Assembly (NCBI GenBank): GCA_938049385.1
Contig: CALIBQ010000012.1
Location: forward strand, 74,131 to 138,130
Length of the DNA stretch: 64,000 nt
Origin: an uncultured Anaerolineae bacterium
GTDB taxonomy: Bacteria; Chloroflexota; Anaerolineae; JACIWP01
Direction of reading: 5' to 3'
Below are positions 60,031-64,000 of this stretch, piece by piece. Position numbers and translations under genes: made by a program. Within the stretch, counting starts at the first letter, position 1. The number at the start of each line of letters is the position of its first letter. The notes beneath the pieces are model-generated. The model saw nothing but the letters and a program-made list of their open reading frames with translations. It did no database searches and was not told where the DNA came from.

Positions 60031-62025
60031 ATGCGCGAATGGTTCGGCTGGGTCGGGAAATTCCTCTGGGTGGACCTCTCCGCCGGCAGGGTGGAGGAGA
60101 TGGACACCGCCCCGTATACGGAAGCGTACATCGGGGGGCGGGGCATCGAGGCGCGCCTGGCCTGGGAGAAGATGCCGGCCGGCATCGGTGCCTTCGATGA
60201 AGCCAACCTGCTGATGTTCTTCCCTGGGCCGCTGACCGGCACCATCGCACCCTTTTCCGGCCGCACCAGTGTGGCCAGCCACGCTCCCCAGGGTTATCCC
60301 CATGAGTGGTTCAGCCGCGCCAACTTCGGCGCGCATTGGGGCGCCTCGCTGAAATACGCCGGCTACGACGGGCTGGTGATCGCCGGCAAAGCGGAACAGC
60401 CGGTCTACCTGTGCATCGAGGATGGTCGGGCCGAGGTCCGGCCGGCCGAGCACCTGTGGGGCAAGGGCATCCTGACAACCCAGCAGATGCTCCAGGAGGA
60501 GCTGGGCAAGGGCTGGCGCATCCTGTGCATCGGGCCGGCCGGCGAACACCGCAGTCGCATCGCCGTCATCCAGACCGAGACGGAATCGGCGGCTGGCCAG
60601 GGCGGTTTCGGCGCTGTCATGGGGGATAAACGGCTGAAAGCGGTTGCTGTGCGCGGCACCGGCCCGGTGCGGGCGGCGCATCCCGATCTGCTCTGGGAAC
60701 GGACGAAGGCGATACTGGAGGAAGCGCGGCAGGGATGCCGGCTGGCGCAGGGCAAGCTTGACCCCGAGCGGGTGAAGCGCTACGGCCTGCGCTATCACGC
60801 CTGCACCCAGCAGTGCGGCATCGAATGCGGCGGCGGCTCGTACTATTACCGGGATGTGCCCGGCCCGCTGAGTGGCCGCAAGCTCTCCGGGCATATGCAC
60901 TGCGTCGCCCCCATTTTCCCGGGACTGCCCGGCACCTTCTACGATTGGAAGCTGGGGTTCGAGGCCGGCTTCGAACTGGCACAGATGTCCAACGACTACG
61001 GCATCAACCATTGGGACCTGGTTTTCGGCATCCTCCCCCTCCTGCGCTACTGGCGGGAGAGCGGCCTGCGGTCAGAGATTGACGGCCTGCTTATTGACCT
61101 GGATGAACCGCGCTTCTGGGCGGAGCTGTTCCGCAAGATCGCCTATCGGGAGGGCATTGGGGATGTGCTGGCCGAGGGTGGCTGGCGGGCGGCCAAGCAG
61201 TTGGGGCTGGCGGAGGATTTCGCCGACGGCTTATACCAGGCCTGGGGGTACGCCGGCCATATGGATTCCCGCGGCGACCGCGCCAACCGAGTGATGTTCC
61301 CCTTCTGGATCGTGCCGGCATTGCAGTGGGCCATTGACACCCGCGACCCTATGGGAGGGAGCCATGGGTACATCACCGGCGCGCTGGGGTATTCCCCGCT
61401 GGCACATAACGGGCAAGGGCCTTCGTGGGAGCAGTTGATGGCCGGCGCGGAGAAGCTGTACGGCACGCGCTTGGCGCTGGACCCGTATTCAGGCTACGAG
61501 GGAAAGGCGCCGGCGGCACGCTGGCACTGCATCCGCGGCGCGCTCAAGGACAGCCTGACGGTGGACGACAACGTCTTCCCCATGTTGTGGAGCTACCGCA
61601 CCGAGGACGGCATGGCGCGCGCCGGCGGTATGGAAGGCTACGCGTTCGAATACCACCTCTTCACAGCGGCTACCGGCCTGGAGCTGAGCGAAGAAGAGTT
61701 CAACCGCTGTGGGGAGCGCATCGTGAGCCTGGAGCGCGCCCTGCAGGTGCGCGATTTCGCCCGCTCGCGTCAGGACGACGAGGTCATCATCCCACATTTC
61801 ACCGAGCAGGAGGACTTCCTGCCCAGCCCGTATTTGGGCGGGACCCAGCGGGGGGATGCGGAGAAACTGCGCGCTGCGTTGAGCGAGTTCTACGCGCTGT
61901 GGGGGTGGGATGTGGAGAGCGGCCGGCCGACCGCCGAGGCTCTGCGCCGGCTGGATATGAAGGATGTCGCCGAGGTCCTGCTGGCCCGCCGGCTCATCCG
62001 CGACCCTCAGCACTCCCCGGCATAA
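60031..62025 (+). CDS. Aldehyde:ferredoxin oxidoreductase family (W/Mo-pterin)
   Basis: YIGGRG, LKYAGYDG, IGPAGE and GAVMG.K.LKAV motifs. Confidence 0.88.
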   Translation: MREWFGWVGKFLWVDLSAGRVEEMDTAPYTEAYIGGRGIEARLAWEKMPAGIGAFDEANLLMFFPGPLTGTIAPFSGRTSVASHAPQGYPHEWFSRANFGAHWGASLKYAGYDGLVIAGKAEQPVYLCIEDGRAEVRPAEHLWGKGILTTQQMLQEELGKGWRILCIGPAGEHRSRIAVIQTETESAAGQGGFGAVMGDKRLKAVAVRGTGPVRAAHPDLLWERTKAILEEARQGCRLAQGKLDPERVKRYGLRYHACTQQCGIECGGGSYYYRDVPGPLSGRKLSGHMHCVAPIFPGLPGTFYDWKLGFEAGFELAQMSNDYGINHWDLVFGILPLLRYWRESGLRSEIDGLLIDLDEPRFWAELFRKIAYREGIGDVLAEGGWRAAKQLGLAEDFADGLYQAWGYAGHMDSRGDRANRVMFPFWIVPALQWAIDTRDPMGGSHGYITGALGYSPLAHNGQGPSWEQLMAGAEKLYGTRLALDPYSGYEGKAPAARWHCIRGALKDSLTVDDNVFPMLWSYRTEDGMARAGGMEGYAFEYHLFTAATGLELSEEEFNRCGERIVSLERALQVRDFARSRQDDEVIIPHFTEQEDFLPSPYLGGTQRGDAEKLRAALSEFYALWGWDVESGRPTAEALRRLDMKDVAEVLLARRLIRDPQHSPA

Positions 62026-62040
62026 AGGACTGCGGCCGGC

Positions 62041-62988
62041 ATGCCAGCTTCCGCCCCTCCTTCCGCCTCTCCTAGAACGCGCGGCCGGCTCTGGCGTCTG
62101 GCCCAAATTCTCGTCGTCGTCGCCGTCCTGTTCTTCTGGGGACGCGCTGTCTGGAACAACTGGCCGGCCTTCGCCGCGCAGGAGTGGCATGTTCAGCCGG
62201 CGTACCTGCTCGCTTCCTTCGCGCTGGTGCTGGCCCAGCTTTTCCTGCTGGCGGCTGTCTGGCACTGGACGCTGGTGCGGCTGGGGGTACGCCGGCCGTG
62301 GCAGGAGGCCGCACGCATCTGGGCATTATCGCAGATCGCGCGCTACCTGCCGGGCGGCATCTGGGACGTGGCCGGCCGCTTCGCCATGGGGACGCGGGCC
62401 GGCTATCCGACGCTGGCGCTTTCCTTCAGCATCCTGCTGGAAATGGCCCTGCAGGCGCTGACGGCCGCCCTCGCCTTTGTGCTGAGCCTGCCGTTCTGGC
62501 CCCAACTGCCGCCAGCAGATGGCCTGCGCTGGGCTATCCCACTGAGCCTGCTGGGCCTGGCGGCGCTCCATCCCCGGGTGATCCAGTTCGGCCTACGGGC
62601 AGGCGCGCGCCTGCTCCACGTGGAACTGCCGGCGGTCACCCTGCGCTATCGGGACATGCTCTTCCTGCTCCTCGGCCACATGCTCACCCAGGTCTGCATC
62701 GGTACCGGCTTTCACCTGTTCATGCGAGCGGTGTATCCCGCCTGGCCGGCGCATCAGTGGCCGGTGGCGGTTGGCACCTATACTGCCGCCTGGCTGATCG
62801 GCTTCCTCATTGTCTTCGTCCCTATGGGCATCGGGGTGCGGGAAGGCATCATCGTGATACTGCTGGCGCCTTTTGTGCCGTTCGCGCCGGCGAACGCCGT
62901 TGCCATCGGCTTCCGCCTCTGGATCGCCTTGCGCGACGCTCTCTTCGCCGGCATCGGCGCCCTTTTGAAGACGCGGCCTGGCGGCTGA
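62041..62988 (+). CDS. Lysylphosphatidylglycerol synthase TM-domain (flippase-like) protein
   Basis: RYLPGGIW and PMGIGVREG motifs; multiple TM segments. Confidence 0.8.
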   Translation: MPASAPPSASPRTRGRLWRLAQILVVVAVLFFWGRAVWNNWPAFAAQEWHVQPAYLLASFALVLAQLFLLAAVWHWTLVRLGVRRPWQEAARIWALSQIARYLPGGIWDVAGRFAMGTRAGYPTLALSFSILLEMALQALTAALAFVLSLPFWPQLPPADGLRWAIPLSLLGLAALHPRVIQFGLRAGARLLHVELPAVTLRYRDMLFLLLGHMLTQVCIGTGFHLFMRAVYPAWPAHQWPVAVGTYTAAWLIGFLIVFVPMGIGVREGIIVILLAPFVPFAPANAVAIGFRLWIALRDALFAGIGALLKTRPGG

Positions 62989-63135
62989 AGCCGCGGCAAC
63001 ACCTGCGAAGCCTGTCCGCGCAGGCTTCGCGAAGTCGGCGCCGGCCGACTTCGCAGGCACAGCCGCAGTTTCAACTGCCAGGCGATGAACCAATACCCGC
63101 AAATCGACAGACAATCTTGATTTTTTCAACACCCT
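62970..63135 (+). mobile_element. MITE/REP-doublet copy 4, overlapping the stop codon of the upstream gene
   Basis: Shared core and end TTTTTTCAACACCCT; the TGA at 62986-62988 lies in the REP hairpin. Confidence 0.82.
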
Positions 63136-63223
63136 CCCGGCGGTTTTTGGAAAACGCCGCAGGGCTGTGGTATACTATTGGGTGTAGATTGATATTTGTC
63201 TGACTACGGAGGAACACAACTCT

Positions 63224-63781
63224 ATGATCGGCGTGACAGAACTGCGCAAAGGGGTTACATTCGAGCTGGACGGCGAATTGTATAAAGTCCTGGAATATCA
63301 GCACCACAAGCCCGGGCGCGGCAACGCCATTATCCGCACCAAACTGCGCAACCTGCGCACCGGCGCCCTCATCGAGCGCACCTTCATTTCTGGGGACCGG
63401 GTCCAGGATGTGCGGCTGGAGCATAAGACCGTCCAGTACATGTATAACGACGGCGATATGTACTATTTCTTGGATACCGAGACTTACGAACAGCCGGCCC
63501 TGCCCCGGAAGGCGTTGGGGGATGCGGTCAATTACCTGACCGATGGGCTGACGTTGGACCTTTCCCTGTACGAGGGGGAACCCATTGACATCGAACTGCC
63601 CATCACCGTGGACCTGAAGGTGGTGGAGGCGGAGCCCGGGGTGCGCGGCGACACCGCGCAGGGCGGCACGAAGAAGGCCAAGCTGGAGACCGGGCTGGTC
63701 ATCAATGTGCCGCTGTTCGTGGAGGCCGGCGACGTGGTGCGGGTGGACACGCGCACGGGTGAGTACATCACGCGCGTGTAA
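63224..63781 (+). CDS. efp: Elongation factor P
   Basis: KPGRG loop, PGVRGDTA and VPLFV motifs. Confidence 0.97.
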   Translation: MIGVTELRKGVTFELDGELYKVLEYQHHKPGRGNAIIRTKLRNLRTGALIERTFISGDRVQDVRLEHKTVQYMYNDGDMYYFLDTETYEQPALPRKALGDAVNYLTDGLTLDLSLYEGEPIDIELPITVDLKVVEAEPGVRGDTAQGGTKKAKLETGLVINVPLFVEAGDVVRVDTRTGEYITRV

Positions 63782-63813
63782 GGATAAGGGGTACTGGCTG
63801 GCCGCGTCAGAAT

Positions 63814-63842
63814 TTGCGCCGGCGGCCCCTTTGCGATATAAT
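63814..63842 (+). promoter_or_regulatory. tRNA promoter
   Basis: TTGCGC-N17-TATAAT. Confidence 0.6.
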
Positions 63843-63858
63843 AGAATCTCGCAAGCGA

Positions 63859-63934
63859 GCCACCGTAGCTCAATCGGCAGAGCAGGCGCTTCGTAAGCGT
63901 CTGGTTATCGGTTCAAGTCCGATCGGTGGCTCCA
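63859..63934 (+). tRNA. tRNA-Thr(CGT)
   Basis: Acceptor stem GCCACCG/CGGTGGC; D arm GCTC/GAGC; anticodon loop TTCGTAA; T loop GGTTCAAGTCC; encoded CCA. Confidence 0.96.
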
Positions 63935-64000
63935 ACCTATTGTATCTAGTAGCCAAAGTCTCCCTGACTACTACACCGAGTAGTCGAGGAGGCTTCGCTA

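Overview
GC-rich, densely coding bacterial chromosome segment, probably from an anaerobic Chloroflexota (Anaerolineae-like); the lineage is inferred from protein families, not proven. In order it contains: (1) a Zn-peptidase, dnaK, a small Cys-rich protein and an OmpR-type two-component pair; (2) a redoxin-like gene whose UGA is probably selenocysteine, and a MocR regulator broken by a 5-bp duplication, divergent from a DUF2917 gene; (3) a ~17 kb minus-strand cluster of fumarase, three HdrA paralogs, two HdrBC pairs, MvhD, an FdhB-like protein, a soluble Sdh/Tfr-like flavoprotein with its FeS subunit, a GNAT, two AcuB-like CBS-ACT proteins and thyX; (4) a divergent Liv-type ABC transporter followed by two non-pyrrolysine MttB-family methyltransferases; (5) housekeeping genes (scpA/scpB, glmS with a glmS ribozyme carrying an unusual insertion, bioY, DD-carboxypeptidase, rluB, cmk, dtd, efp, tRNA-Thr); (6) a chlD-type chelatase gene with a -1 frameshift A-run, a VIT-vWA protein and an AOR-family enzyme. 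A REP-doublet/MITE repeat family occurs in four clear copies plus remnants. The palindrome GCCGGC appears strongly over-represented throughout. No CRISPR array, rRNA or autonomous transposase was seen.
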